32,000 nt of DNA from Candidatus Nitrospira inopinata (GCF_001458695.1 NZ_LN885086.1:870001-902000), one strand, 5' to 3'; positions 1 to 8,767 are shown, counted from the first letter of the stretch. Made by a program: numbers and translations. Notes: generated by a model not told the origin, from the letters alone.

Positions 1-83
1 CGACAGGCCGGCCCCAACCACGGAGAAACCACGTAACGATAGGCGCGAATGAGCCACAGACACAGTCTCCGCATACCCATCAT
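1..83 (-). CDS. yidD: membrane protein insertion efficiency factor YidD (N-terminal part; gene runs off the window start)
   Basis: Reverse-strand translation from the ATG at 83 gives MMGMRRLCLWLIRAYRYVVSPWLGPACR. This matches the conserved YidD core (LIRxYQxxISPxLGPxCRF). It lies 10 nt downstream of the rnpA stop, as in the conserved rpmH-rnpA-yidD-yidC order. It is absent from the ORF track because it is truncated. Confidence 0.8.
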   Translation of the reverse strand, partial: MMGMRRLCLWLIRAYRYVVSPWLGPAC

Positions 84-93
84 CCTACGCATC

Positions 94-486
94 CTACGTT
101 GACTTCGACCGAAGCACGTTCGCTCGCCGCAACGTTGTCCCCCATGCGACGGCCAACTCATGAAACGGCCGCGTCAACGCCTCGCGCTTTGGGAAAACAA
201 GGATTGCCTGCCCGGAAACTAAATCATGATGGCACTGTCTGACCAACGCCCGAAACACGCGCTTGGCTCGATTCCGCCGAACCGCGTTTCCGAACCGGCG
301 ACCGACGATAATCCCCACTCGAGCCGGCCCATCCCCCATCTTGTAAATCGACATGTTGAACAGTTCCGTCGAAACTCGTCGGCCATGGCGCTTGACCGCT
401 TCAATCTCTCGACTCACCCGCAGGAAAATGCCCTCCGGCCTTTCCATCTTCAACTCGGCTCGCACCGAGAGTCTACGGCAAGACAC
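94..486 (-). CDS. rnpA: ribonuclease P protein component
   Basis: Motif VGIIVGRRFGNAVRRNRAKRVFRALVR (RNase P protein RNR motif). It lies directly downstream of rpmH. Start is uncertain: GTG at 486 or ATG at 447. Confidence 0.85.
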   Translation of the reverse strand: MSCRRLSVRAELKMERPEGIFLRVSREIEAVKRHGRRVSTELFNMSIYKMGDGPARVGIIVGRRFGNAVRRNRAKRVFRALVRQCHHDLVSGQAILVFPKREALTRPFHELAVAWGTTLRRANVLRSKST

Positions 487-605
487 CGCCCAACATCGAC
501 CCGGGGAAACGGCTCAAGGCAGGCAAGGGAGGGGGACCCGCTCGCACGGTGGCATAACGCGGTCGGCAAGCGCACCCGGACTTCTGTAGCGTCGCGACCG
601 GCGCA

Positions 606-743
606 TCACACCGTCAATCGGGCACGCCCTTTGGCCCGACGACGCGCCAGGACCCGCCGCCCGTTCTTCGTGCTCATGCGCTTTCGAAAACCGTGCTCGC
701 GCTTTTTCTTGAGATTTGATGGTTGCCGAAATGTGAATGACAC
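606..743 (-). CDS. rpmH: 50S ribosomal protein L34
   Basis: C-terminal sequence [41 protein letters not shown] is canonical L34. The 77-aa ORF is over-extended. A GTG at 743 is preceded by GGGAGG (reverse strand of 749-754) and gives the expected 45-aa protein. Confidence 0.9.
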   Translation of the reverse strand: MSFTFRQPSNLKKKREHGFRKRMSTKNGRRVLARRRAKGRARLTV

Positions 744-810
744 GCGCCCTCCCTTCGATTGCTGCTCTATCCTGAAGCTGCGTTGATTCTCTTGAGAAAT
801 GGAAGGCTGC

Positions 811-839
811 ATTATAGGAGGGCCCCTCACCCCTGTCAA
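811..839 (-). promoter_or_regulatory. consensus sigma70-type promoter for rpmH-rnpA
   Basis: The reverse strand reads TTGACA (839-834), an exact 17-nt spacer, then TATAAT (816-811). The -10 element ends about 68 nt upstream of the rpmH GTG (predicted leader about 60 nt). Confidence 0.65.
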
Positions 840-1123
840 TTCGCAGCGTTCCGCGCATTGATCGGCGGGAAGCCGACGACCTCGGCATTCTGAAGCAGGG
901 GAAAGAGGCCCTCACGCCAAACGAGCCGAGAGCGATGCCAGATCGCCACAGGGACGAACCCCTCCCGCCTCACGTTCCCTTTCCTAACTTGGCAATCATG
1001 CTTCTCTATGTCATTATCTCGCTATAGCTTGACGGTGCCGCTTGGTACCGAGTTTGCTAGAACATTTGGGTGCGATAAAAAATCTGCGCGCACTCGTCAC
1101 TCTCTTTCATGATGGAGGTACCC

Positions 1124-1744
1124 GTGAAGCCTATGCGACAGACTGCGACGCTCTTTGTCCTGACCGCCCTCCTCACGGGAGGCTGCGCCAAGCCTCCCAC
1201 GGATAAAATCGAGGCGGCGGAACAGGCCGTCAAACAGGCTCGGGAACGCGGCGCCCACGTGTACGCTCCTGAAGAATACGCAAAGCTCGAAGGAAAACTC
1301 ACCGCCTTAAAGCAAGAAGCGGCCGAGCAAGAAAGCAAGTTTGCACCGTTCCAAGACTATGGAAAAGTCGAAGAGCTGGCCGTGTCAACCGCCAATGAGG
1401 CGACCGCTGTTTCGTCGGCGGCCTCTCAGAAAAAGGAAGAGGCCAAGACGGCGGCTCTTCAGGCTCAACAAGTCGCCCAAGAGGCCGTGTCGTCCACTCG
1501 CCAATTGATCGCGAAGGCACCGGTCGGAAAAGACCGGGCGGCCATCGAGTCAATCAAGAACGATATCGAGGCGCTGACAACTTCCCTGACACAGGTCCAA
1601 GCGTCGATCGACAAAGAGGACTATCAGGCCGCCCAAGCCCAAGCCAAGGCCATCGATGAAAAAAGCCGCGCCATCTCGGTTGAGATTCAAGATGCCATCG
1701 CCAAGGTCAAGCCAAGAAAAGGCTCTTCCTTCCACAAGCAGTGA
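1124..1744 (+). CDS. coiled-coil lipoprotein, DUF4398-like
   Basis: Signal peptide with a Cys lipobox-like site (TALLTGGC), then an Ala/Glu/Gln/Lys-rich helical region. That region starts with an AEQAVKQARERGAHVYAPEEYAKLE pattern typical of DUF4398. GTG at 1124 has GGAGG 5 nt upstream. ATG at 1109 or 1133 are alternatives. Confidence 0.6.
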   Translation: MKPMRQTATLFVLTALLTGGCAKPPTDKIEAAEQAVKQARERGAHVYAPEEYAKLEGKLTALKQEAAEQESKFAPFQDYGKVEELAVSTANEATAVSSAASQKKEEAKTAALQAQQVAQEAVSSTRQLIAKAPVGKDRAAIESIKNDIEALTTSLTQVQASIDKEDYQAAQAQAKAIDEKSRAISVEIQDAIAKVKPRKGSSFHKQ

Positions 1745-1751
1745 GGTGCCG

Positions 1752-2897
1752 GTGCTTTTCGGACGGCGCACGTGTGTTCACCCCAGGTACCTGGCGATAG
1801 GCTTCTGCGCCCTCCTGGCGACCGGATGCACGCCGGCCATTCCTCCCGACCTCATCGCCGACATTGACGCCGTTGATCACCAGTTGATCGAACTGGGAGC
1901 CCCCCGCACGGCGGCGAACGAGTATGCCTCCTTCGCCACCCAATGGGCCGCCCTCAAAATACGCGCACAGGCCTATGACGACCTCATCCTCTGGCCATGG
2001 GAATCCAACAGCATCGAAGACGAGCTTCGACAATTGCTTGCCCATGGCGACGATACCTTGGTCAGGGTCCAAGAGGAGCAAGCCGCCCTCCGCCGAACGG
2101 CCGAAATCGCGATTGCCAAGCTTGACAAGCGTCTTTCGGCTTTGTCCTCCCACGTGGCATCATTGGGCGGCCATATCGTGTTGGGAAAAGAATTGACCCA
2201 GACGGATCTCTTGTTGAAACAGGCGCGATCATTCTTTCAACAACGGGACTACGCACGGTCTCTCGACATCACCACACGGGCCAACGAGACCCTTGACGTT
2301 CAAACCGCGGTGTTGACGCGGGACCTGAAACGGTACGCGGACGCCCGACAGATCGCACGATGGCAAATCATGGCCCGGCAGACCGTGGAGTGGTCCCGTG
2401 TTCACCAGTCGCCGGCCATTATCGTGAGCAAAGTGGACCGGGAACTGCTCCTCTACGAGAACGGGAAGATAGCGTCGTCCTATCCCGTCCGGCTGGGGTA
2501 CAACGGCCTCAAAGACAAACTGGTGCAGGGAGATGGAGCCACGCCGGAGGGCCGTTACCGGGTCGTCGCCCTGAAGGGAGAGGGTGAAACACAGTTTTTC
2601 CGCGCCCTACTGTTGGACTATCCCAACCAGGAGGACCGGCGGCGCTTTCGAGCCGCCGTTCAAGCCGGAGCCGTTTCTCCAACGGCCTCCATCGGCGGGC
2701 TCATTGAAATTCATGGGATGGACTCGACAGGGGCCTCTCAAACGTTGGGCTGCATCATGCTCGACAACTCTCATATGCAGAGAGTGTTCTCCCGTGTCGT
2801 GGCCGGCACACCGGTGACCATTGTCGGAGCCCTCGCCGAACGGAACGCCATTACCTTGGCCTTGACCGAGTTACAGCAACAACGAGACGCAACGTGA
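1752..2897 (+). CDS. L,D-transpeptidase (YkuD domain) lipoprotein with a long helical N-terminal domain
   Basis: C-terminal YkuD features: ELLLYENGKIASSYPVRLG ... IEIHG ... TLGCIML. N-terminal lipobox is CALLATGC. The ORF-track start at 1656 overlaps the upstream gene. GTG at 1752 has GAGG 5 nt upstream (GTG at 1746 is an alternative). Confidence 0.75.
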   Translation: MLFGRRTCVHPRYLAIGFCALLATGCTPAIPPDLIADIDAVDHQLIELGAPRTAANEYASFATQWAALKIRAQAYDDLILWPWESNSIEDELRQLLAHGDDTLVRVQEEQAALRRTAEIAIAKLDKRLSALSSHVASLGGHIVLGKELTQTDLLLKQARSFFQQRDYARSLDITTRANETLDVQTAVLTRDLKRYADARQIARWQIMARQTVEWSRVHQSPAIIVSKVDRELLLYENGKIASSYPVRLGYNGLKDKLVQGDGATPEGRYRVVALKGEGETQFFRALLLDYPNQEDRRRFRAAVQAGAVSPTASIGGLIEIHGMDSTGASQTLGCIMLDNSHMQRVFSRVVAGTPVTIVGALAERNAITLALTELQQQRDAT

Positions 2898-3571
2898 ACT
2901 CCGTCGCGGCATACCGATTCGTCATCTGTTCGTCGCTGTTCCTGGGGGGACTGCTGAGCGCGAAGCCGCTGACCCTGTCGCTGTCGCAAAACAGCGAGTC
3001 CGTCTCCCCGGCACCCGCGTCTTCCGTCCTTCCGTCGGCCGGTTCGCAAGCCGACCCCCTCCCTTCCCTTTCCGCCCTTCAAGCCCGATACAAGGCCTTG
3101 TCAAAACAACTGTCCCGGCTCAAACCGCAGGAGCCGTACATTCTCGTGGACACCGCCCGCAACCATCTTTATCTTAAGCAGCGAGACGACGTGCTTATGG
3201 ACGCCCTGGCCTCGACCGGCAGCGGCACCATCCTTCCCAAACCGGGGGGAACGACCGACCAATGGGTTTTCGACACGCCGCGCGGAGAATTCTTCGTCCA
3301 GTCCAAGCTCCTCAATCCGGCGTGGGTCAAACCCGATTGGGCCTTTATCGAAGAAGGGCTGGAAGTTCCCCGCAATCAAGCCGACCGTGTGGAACAGGGC
3401 GTACTCGGCGCCTATGCGTTGGGATTCGGGAAGGGGTATTTCATCCACGGCACGCTCTACACGCGTCTGCTCGGCAAAAACGTGACGCACGGCTGCATTC
3501 GGCTGAATGACGACGATCTCAAGCGCATCTATCGAGTGGCTCGGATTGGGACACCGATCATCATTTTTTAG
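2894..3571 (+). CDS. L,D-transpeptidase (YkuD/ErfK family), exported
   Basis: Canonical catalytic motif FIHGTLYTRLLGKNVTHGCIRLNDDDL and a hydrophobic N-terminal signal. The GTG start overlaps the upstream TGA (GTGA at 2894-2897). Confidence 0.85.
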   Translation: MNSVAAYRFVICSSLFLGGLLSAKPLTLSLSQNSESVSPAPASSVLPSAGSQADPLPSLSALQARYKALSKQLSRLKPQEPYILVDTARNHLYLKQRDDVLMDALASTGSGTILPKPGGTTDQWVFDTPRGEFFVQSKLLNPAWVKPDWAFIEEGLEVPRNQADRVEQGVLGAYALGFGKGYFIHGTLYTRLLGKNVTHGCIRLNDDDLKRIYRVARIGTPIIIF

Positions 3572-4244
3572 CTCAGACGGCTCGGCGACGCCTTACCGAT
3601 TCTTTTCCCCCTGGACCCTCTTCCTCCTGTTCATCTTGTTGACCGCCACCTGCCGGGCGGAAGACCGGGGGCCTTTTCCCGACGTGGATCCGAACGACCC
3701 CGCCTCGTTGCAGGAAGTGACGCGCGTGCTCCAGGAAGAGGTCAAGCTGGCCGCTCGTCCCCACAACTACTTGCTGATCGACCTCGTGACGCGCACTATC
3801 CACATCAAGGGTCGAGGCCTTGACCTCTATCGCATTCCCATCGCCGCGTGGTCAATCAAGGCGTCGAGCGCCATGCATGGCACGCACCGGCTGATCGCAC
3901 GCCCTCCCATTGCCCGTCGCACCGTTGATCCCACCGTTTCCGTCGAGCAGATCCCCCTTTCACTCGCCGACATGCCCACGGCCTATACCCTGTCGTTCAC
4001 TCCAGCCCTGACCATCGAAGTGCGACCTTCGGACGAAGAGGGCCTCTTCCACCGACTGTGGGCGGGAGCGAAAACCTGGTGGCGGAGCTTAACCGAATGG
4101 GCATCATCGTTCTCCAGGGGAGAATCCTCCGACTCGAATCCTTATCTGCTGTTGGAACTCTCCCGCGAGCAGGCGCAATCTCTCGCGTGGTCGGCGGTCG
4201 ATGGGATGCCTTTAGTCATCCGGCGGGCAACCGATAAGAAATAG
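3507..4244 (+). CDS. hypothetical exported or membrane-anchored protein
   Basis: Long ORF with a hydrophobic segment, WTLFLLFILLTATC. It has no recognisable catalytic motif. The only canonical in-frame starts (ATG 3507, TTG 3546) lie inside the upstream gene. Confidence 0.5.
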   Translation: MTTISSASIEWLGLGHRSSFFSSDGSATPYRFFSPWTLFLLFILLTATCRAEDRGPFPDVDPNDPASLQEVTRVLQEEVKLAARPHNYLLIDLVTRTIHIKGRGLDLYRIPIAAWSIKASSAMHGTHRLIARPPIARRTVDPTVSVEQIPLSLADMPTAYTLSFTPALTIEVRPSDEEGLFHRLWAGAKTWWRSLTEWASSFSRGESSDSNPYLLLELSREQAQSLAWSAVDGMPLVIRRATDKK

Positions 4245-4262
4245 ACCCGGTCAATGGCATCA

Positions 4263-4291
4263 TTGTCTTTTCCGGGGAAGATTCCTATGAT
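4263..4291 (+). promoter_or_regulatory. candidate sigma70 promoter for the pgi operon
   Basis: TTGTCT (4263-4268), a 17-nt spacer, then TATGAT (4286-4291). It ends about 50 nt upstream of the pgi ATG. Confidence 0.35.
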
Positions 4292-4342
4292 GCAGCCTGG
4301 CTCCTGAAATCGGATCAGACCACCTTGCCCACGAGGAGACCC

Positions 4343-6052
4343 ATGCCCACTCCACTGCGAAAGGCGTTACCGGCGCCGTTTCAGGTCACGGTTCGTTCGG
4401 CAATGGAAGAGTTGGATCACAACCGGATCGTCGATCGATTATGGGAGAAAGACCACCGGCTCTGGAAAGACCAGCCCACCGAGATCACCGACCGACTCGG
4501 CTGGCTGACCGTCCATGAGCGGATGCGAGAACAACTCAACAGTCTTCGCGACTGTGTCGCCGAGACCAAGGCTATGGGTGTCACGGATGTTGTTCTCCTC
4601 GGCATGGGCGGCAGCAGTTTGGGGCCGGAAGTCCTCCGCGCCTCGTTCGGGCAAGCGAAGGGGTTTCCGCGACTGTGGGTCCTCGATTCCACCGTGCCTG
4701 GGTGGGTCCGGTCGGTGACCGACGCACTGACTCCCTCCAACACGCTGTTCCTCGTCGCGAGCAAGTCCGGCGGCACCATTGAAGTCATGTCCCTGTTCGC
4801 CCATTTCTGGGAGCTGGTTCACAAGGCAACGAAACACCGCGCCGGCGATCACTTCATCGCCGTTACCGATCCGGGAACCGGGCTTGAACGATTGGCGCGA
4901 GACCATGGATTCCGCCGGATCTTCACCAACCCGCCCGACATCGGCGGCCGCTACTCCGTCCTTTCTCTGTTCGGGCTGGTGCCCGCCGCGCTGCTGGGAC
5001 TTGACGTCTCCAAGCTGCTCGATCGAGCGGCAGGCATGGCGGCTCAATGCAAGACACAGAATCCCATCGAGGCCAACCCCGGCGCCTATCTGGGAACCGT
5101 CATGGGAAGCCTCGCCAAATCCGGCCGTGACAAGGTCACGGTCATCACATCCCCGGCCCTGTCCACGTTCGGGCTGTGGGTGGAACAACTGCTGGCCGAA
5201 AGCACGGGCAAGGAAGGAACGGGGTTGATCCCCGTGGCCCAGGAGCCGGTTCTTCGTCCTTCGTCCTACGGCGATGACCGATTGTTCATCTACCTGCGTC
5301 TTCAGAAGGACCGCAACGCAACGCTCGATCGGCGGATCCAGGCTCTGAGAAATGCGCGCCGGCCCGTGATTCAACTTGACCTTCGCGACCGGTACGATCT
5401 TGGCGCCGAATTCTTTCGCTGGGAATTCGCCACCGCCGTGGCCGGTCATCTCCTCGGTATCCATCCGTTCGACCAGCCCAATGTCCAAGAGAGCAAGGAC
5501 AACACCAACCAGGTCTTGAGCGTCTTTGATTCGACCCGTCAATTGCCGGAGCTGCTGCGCCACAGCCCCGCCCAAGCGGCGAAGGACCTGGTCACCCGTT
5601 TGAAAGCCGGTGTCTATGTCGCCATCTTGGCCTACACAACCCCTTCCCGCCCTTTTGAGCAGGCCATCGCGCGGCTCCGAAAAACCCTCGTGGCCCGCCA
5701 TCACGTCACCACCACGTTCGGCTACGGGCCTCGGTATTTGCATTCCACCGGCCAGCTCCACAAGGGAGGCCCCGCGACAGGCCTCTTCCTCCAACTGATT
5801 GATCGCATGGCGCCCGATCTTCCGATCCCGGGCAAATCCTTTTCATTCGGCACCCTGGCTCGTGCCCAGGCGGCCGGTGATCTCCAATCCCTGCGCACCC
5901 ATCACCGGCACGCGCTGCTCGTTCCGCTCGGGCGAGACCCGGTCCAGACCATCGACGTTGTCACCGCCGCCTTGAGTCCCGTCCATTCCTCAAACCGGCG
6001 AGTCGCCATCCAAACGAAGGCACAAGCGACTCGACGGAGGACTCGACAATAG
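4343..6052 (+). CDS. pgi: glucose-6-phosphate isomerase
   Basis: N-terminal RLWEKDHRLWKDQPTEITDRLGWL and the SIS-domain motif VVLLGMGGSSLGPEVL, typical of the stand-alone or transaldolase-fused PGI family. ATG at 4343 is preceded by GAGGAG. The ORF-track start (TTG 4325) and ATG 4405 are alternatives. Confidence 0.85.
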   Translation: MPTPLRKALPAPFQVTVRSAMEELDHNRIVDRLWEKDHRLWKDQPTEITDRLGWLTVHERMREQLNSLRDCVAETKAMGVTDVVLLGMGGSSLGPEVLRASFGQAKGFPRLWVLDSTVPGWVRSVTDALTPSNTLFLVASKSGGTIEVMSLFAHFWELVHKATKHRAGDHFIAVTDPGTGLERLARDHGFRRIFTNPPDIGGRYSVLSLFGLVPAALLGLDVSKLLDRAAGMAAQCKTQNPIEANPGAYLGTVMGSLAKSGRDKVTVITSPALSTFGLWVEQLLAESTGKEGTGLIPVAQEPVLRPSSYGDDRLFIYLRLQKDRNATLDRRIQALRNARRPVIQLDLRDRYDLGAEFFRWEFATAVAGHLLGIHPFDQPNVQESKDNTNQVLSVFDSTRQLPELLRHSPAQAAKDLVTRLKAGVYVAILAYTTPSRPFEQAIARLRKTLVARHHVTTTFGYGPRYLHSTGQLHKGGPATGLFLQLIDRMAPDLPIPGKSFSFGTLARAQAAGDLQSLRTHHRHALLVPLGRDPVQTIDVVTAALSPVHSSNRRVAIQTKAQATRRRTRQ

Positions 6053-6053
6053 C

Positions 6054-6836
6054 ATGCCCATCGCTCCGGAAATTCACCTCGCGCGCGACGGAGCGGAATG
6101 GGCCGACCAGGCGGCGACCCTGCTTCTAACTTCCAGCGAAGCCGCCATCCGGTCCCATGGCCGATGCCTGCTTGCTCTCTCGGGCGGGTCCACACCTCGA
6201 ACACTGTACACGACGATGGCTTCTCCTCCATGGAGAGACTGCTTCGACTGGCCGCGGCTCTTTTTTCTTTTTGGAGATGAACGGTGCGTGCCGCCGGACC
6301 ATCCGGAGAGCAACTTCGGCATGGCCCAGACGGTGTTGTTTCAACCGCTAGGCATCCAAGACGATCACATCGTTCGCATGAAAGGCGAATCTGCTGATCC
6401 GCAGGCCGCAGCCCAGGACTATGAAGCGGTCCTGCGACAGTTGACGAATTGCCCACCGCCCGCTCTTCCCACCCTCGACGTGATCCTGCTCGGCCTGGGA
6501 GACGACGGTCACACGGCGTCCCTCTTTCCCGGGACGGCGGCGCTTGGGGAACGAGAAAAAGCCGTGACCGTCGGCTTTGCCCCGACAGGCGTTCGGACTC
6601 GGCTCACCCTCACCTTGGGTGTGCTCAATCGGGCAAGTGTGATACTCTTCCTGGTCACCGGCTCACCCAAGGCACCGGTGGTGAGAAAAATCCTCACCCC
6701 CCAGAGTGAGGAGGACAGGGTTCTCCCCGCAGCCTTGGTGGCGCCGGAAGCCGGACGGCTGATTTGGATGTTGGACCATTCCGCCGCATCCCAGTTGCCG
6801 GCTCACAGGCAGGCAGTCTGGAACTTTTTCCCATGA
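6054..6836 (+). CDS. pgl: 6-phosphogluconolactonase
   Basis: Motifs LALSGGSTPRTLY, FFLFGDERCVPPDHPESNF and DVILLGLGDDGHTASLFPG. The start is 1 nt after the pgi stop. Confidence 0.9.
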   Translation: MPIAPEIHLARDGAEWADQAATLLLTSSEAAIRSHGRCLLALSGGSTPRTLYTTMASPPWRDCFDWPRLFFLFGDERCVPPDHPESNFGMAQTVLFQPLGIQDDHIVRMKGESADPQAAAQDYEAVLRQLTNCPPPALPTLDVILLGLGDDGHTASLFPGTAALGEREKAVTVGFAPTGVRTRLTLTLGVLNRASVILFLVTGSPKAPVVRKILTPQSEEDRVLPAALVAPEAGRLIWMLDHSAASQLPAHRQAVWNFFP

Positions 6837-7912
6837 TTCTCGCTGGCGACATCGGCGGCACCAAAACCAATCTTGCACTCTACGATTGGACGGAGGGACG
6901 GACCGAGCCGGTTCGCATCGAATCCTTCCCTAGCGGCGACTACTCGTCACTAGAAGACATCCTCCGCGACTTCCTCGCGGCACCGCTTCCGACCTCGTCA
7001 TCCATTGAACAAGCCGCTGAAACAGCCGAACCAGAATCCATCGCCGAGCGCACAGCCAATGAGGCGTCAACGCCTTTGCAGATCGAGGCGGCCTGTTTTG
7101 GAATCGCGGGCCCTGTGTTCGAAAACCGAAGCCAGACGACGAATCTCCCCTGGGTGGTCGACGGCGATCAGATTGCCAAGGAGTTCGCGATTCCGAAGGT
7201 CCGGCTCCTCAATGATCTCGAAGCGACAGCCCACGGTATCTTGTTGCTCCATCCTGACGAGGTCGAGGTATTGAATGAGGGCAAGCCTCCGGCGAAACGG
7301 CAGGCCCTGGCCATCATCGCCGCCGGAACCGGCCTGGGAGAGGCGATTCTTTATTGGGACGGGACCACCTACCGCCCCATGCCGTCGGAAGGGGGCCACG
7401 CCGACTTTGCGCCGAACAACGACCATGAGATCGAGCTGCTCCGCTATCTGCGGGGCCAATATCTTCACGTCAGTTACGAGCGTGTCCTCTCCGGCCCTGG
7501 CCTCTATGCCATCTATGAGTACCTGCGCGACACCAAGAAAAATGAACCGACCTGGTTGGCGGAACGGATCAAAACCGGCAATCCCGCCGCGGTGATCGCC
7601 GAGGCCGGCCTCGCGGGACAGGCCGACATCGCCAAACAAGCCTTGGATCTGTTTGCGTCGATCTATGGAGCGGAAGCCGGCAATTTAGCGCTCAAAGCTC
7701 TTTCGCTGGACGGGGTCTATGTCGCGGGCGGCATCGCTCCGAAACTCATCGCCAAACTTCGAGACGGTACCTTCATGAAGGCCTTCACCAACAAGGGGCG
7801 ATACAAACGATTGATGACTTCGATTCCTGTCAAGGTTGTCATGAATGAACATACCGCTCTACTCGGCGCTGCCTCGATCGCAGCCACCCTTGCCCGGCGC
7901 GGGGAACCATGA
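6833..7912 (+). CDS. glk: glucokinase
   Basis: MILAGDIGGTKTNLALYD ATP-binding N-terminus, EGGHADFAP and ERVLSGPGL motifs. ATG at 6833 overlaps the pgl stop (ATGA). The ORF-track start at 6764 is an over-extension. Confidence 0.9.
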   Translation: MILAGDIGGTKTNLALYDWTEGRTEPVRIESFPSGDYSSLEDILRDFLAAPLPTSSSIEQAAETAEPESIAERTANEASTPLQIEAACFGIAGPVFENRSQTTNLPWVVDGDQIAKEFAIPKVRLLNDLEATAHGILLLHPDEVEVLNEGKPPAKRQALAIIAAGTGLGEAILYWDGTTYRPMPSEGGHADFAPNNDHEIELLRYLRGQYLHVSYERVLSGPGLYAIYEYLRDTKKNEPTWLAERIKTGNPAAVIAEAGLAGQADIAKQALDLFASIYGAEAGNLALKALSLDGVYVAGGIAPKLIAKLRDGTFMKAFTNKGRYKRLMTSIPVKVVMNEHTALLGAASIAATLARRGEP

Positions 7913-8613
7913 CGACCCCGTCCGATCTTGATAGCCTCAAAAAAGCCGCCGCACTGAAGGCTGTCGAGTTTGTCCACGACGGCATGGTGGTCGGGTTGGG
8001 AACGGGATCCACCGCACGACATCTGGTGATCGCCTTGGGCGAGAAAGTTCGCGCCGGCATGAAACTTCGCGGCGTCGCCACGTCACAAGAGACTGCCTCG
8101 CTGGCAACCCAATCAGGCATTCCCCTCATCGATACGGACAATCGCTGGGAAATCGACGTTGCCATCGACGGAGCGGATCAAGTCGATGCCGCCTTCAACC
8201 TGATTAAGGGGGGAGGCGGAGCCCTGCTCAAGGAAAAAATCGTGGCCGCTTCGGCCCGACAGTTCATCGTCATGGTCGATCAGACCAAGCTGGTCCCGGT
8301 CCTGGGAGGGTCGTTTCCGTTGCCAATCGAAATCATTCCCTTTGGCTGGGGCAGCACCGCTCGACACATCGAGGAAGTGACCAAGAGTCCTGTGGTGCTG
8401 CGCGAGCGCCACGGCGCCCCCTACCGAACCGAAGCCGGCAACTTGATCGTGGACGTGCATCTCGACCGGATTGATCGACCACGAGAACTGGAAGTCCTTC
8501 TGAACCTGATTCCCGGCGTGGTTGAAACCGGCCTCTTCGTTGGACGAACGGACATCCTGATCATCGGCACCACCCAAGGGGTCCAGGTTCATCATGCGCC
8601 GAAAGGATCGTAA
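7909..8613 (+). CDS. rpiA: ribose-5-phosphate isomerase A
   Basis: Motifs GMVVGLGTGSTARHLV, DVAIDGADQVD and NLIKGGGGALLKEKIVA. ATGA overlap with the glk stop. Confidence 0.9.
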   Translation: MTTPSDLDSLKKAAALKAVEFVHDGMVVGLGTGSTARHLVIALGEKVRAGMKLRGVATSQETASLATQSGIPLIDTDNRWEIDVAIDGADQVDAAFNLIKGGGGALLKEKIVAASARQFIVMVDQTKLVPVLGGSFPLPIEIIPFGWGSTARHIEEVTKSPVVLRERHGAPYRTEAGNLIVDVHLDRIDRPRELEVLLNLIPGVVETGLFVGRTDILIIGTTQGVQVHHAPKGS

Positions 8614-8767
8614 GACGGCTCTACCGAAGACTTTCATCCCCTCCGAATCACCGTTCTCAGCACAAAAACGCCACACCAGCTCTCAACCCCTCCTCCATTC
8701 ATTAGAGGGGCTTGAGACCTCCGCCATCACCGTGTAGGCTGGACCTCGGAAGAGGCGAGTTATCCCG

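Noticed and set aside
226-915. ORFs 226-786 (+), 353-589 (+) and 514-915 (-) overlapping rnpA and rpmH.
   Set aside because: They overlap the clearly identified rnpA and rpmH genes, and their composition is not protein-like.
1029-1080. Promoter for the DUF4398-like lipoprotein gene: TTGACG at 1029-1034, or TTTGCT at 1053-1058 with TGCGATAAA.
   Set aside because: TTGACG has no acceptable -10 at 16-18 nt. The alternative pair has a 15-16 nt spacer and weak hexamers, which is too speculative to list as a feature.
840-1108. Possible oriC or DnaA-box cluster next to rpmH.
   Set aside because: No TTATCCACA/TGTGGATAA-like 9-mers and no AT-rich unwinding repeats were seen, and dnaA is not adjacent.
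1656-1751. N-terminal over-extensions given by the ORF track: 1656 for the first transpeptidase, 6764 for glk, 8779 for the dehydrogenase, 10980 for pcm, 23328 for prpC, 24232 for prpB, 27358 for meaB and 19408 for the Pro/Ala-tail protein.
   Set aside because: The extensions overlap upstream genes or are not protein-like. Internal starts give ATGA/GTGA coupling, good Shine-Dalgarno sequences or proper signal peptides.
4439-5794. 451-aa ORF antisense to pgi. Similar long antisense ORFs are at 7067-7639, 8113-8676, 11978-12661, 20850-22169, 22027-23661, 24166-24915, 26705-27289, 27946-28617, 28804-29715, 29752-30333 and 30382-31191.
   Set aside because: Each lies opposite a gene with unmistakable family motifs. 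Their translations are Arg/Gly/Pro/His-rich without any recognisable domain. Long stop-free antisense frames are expected in high-GC DNA.
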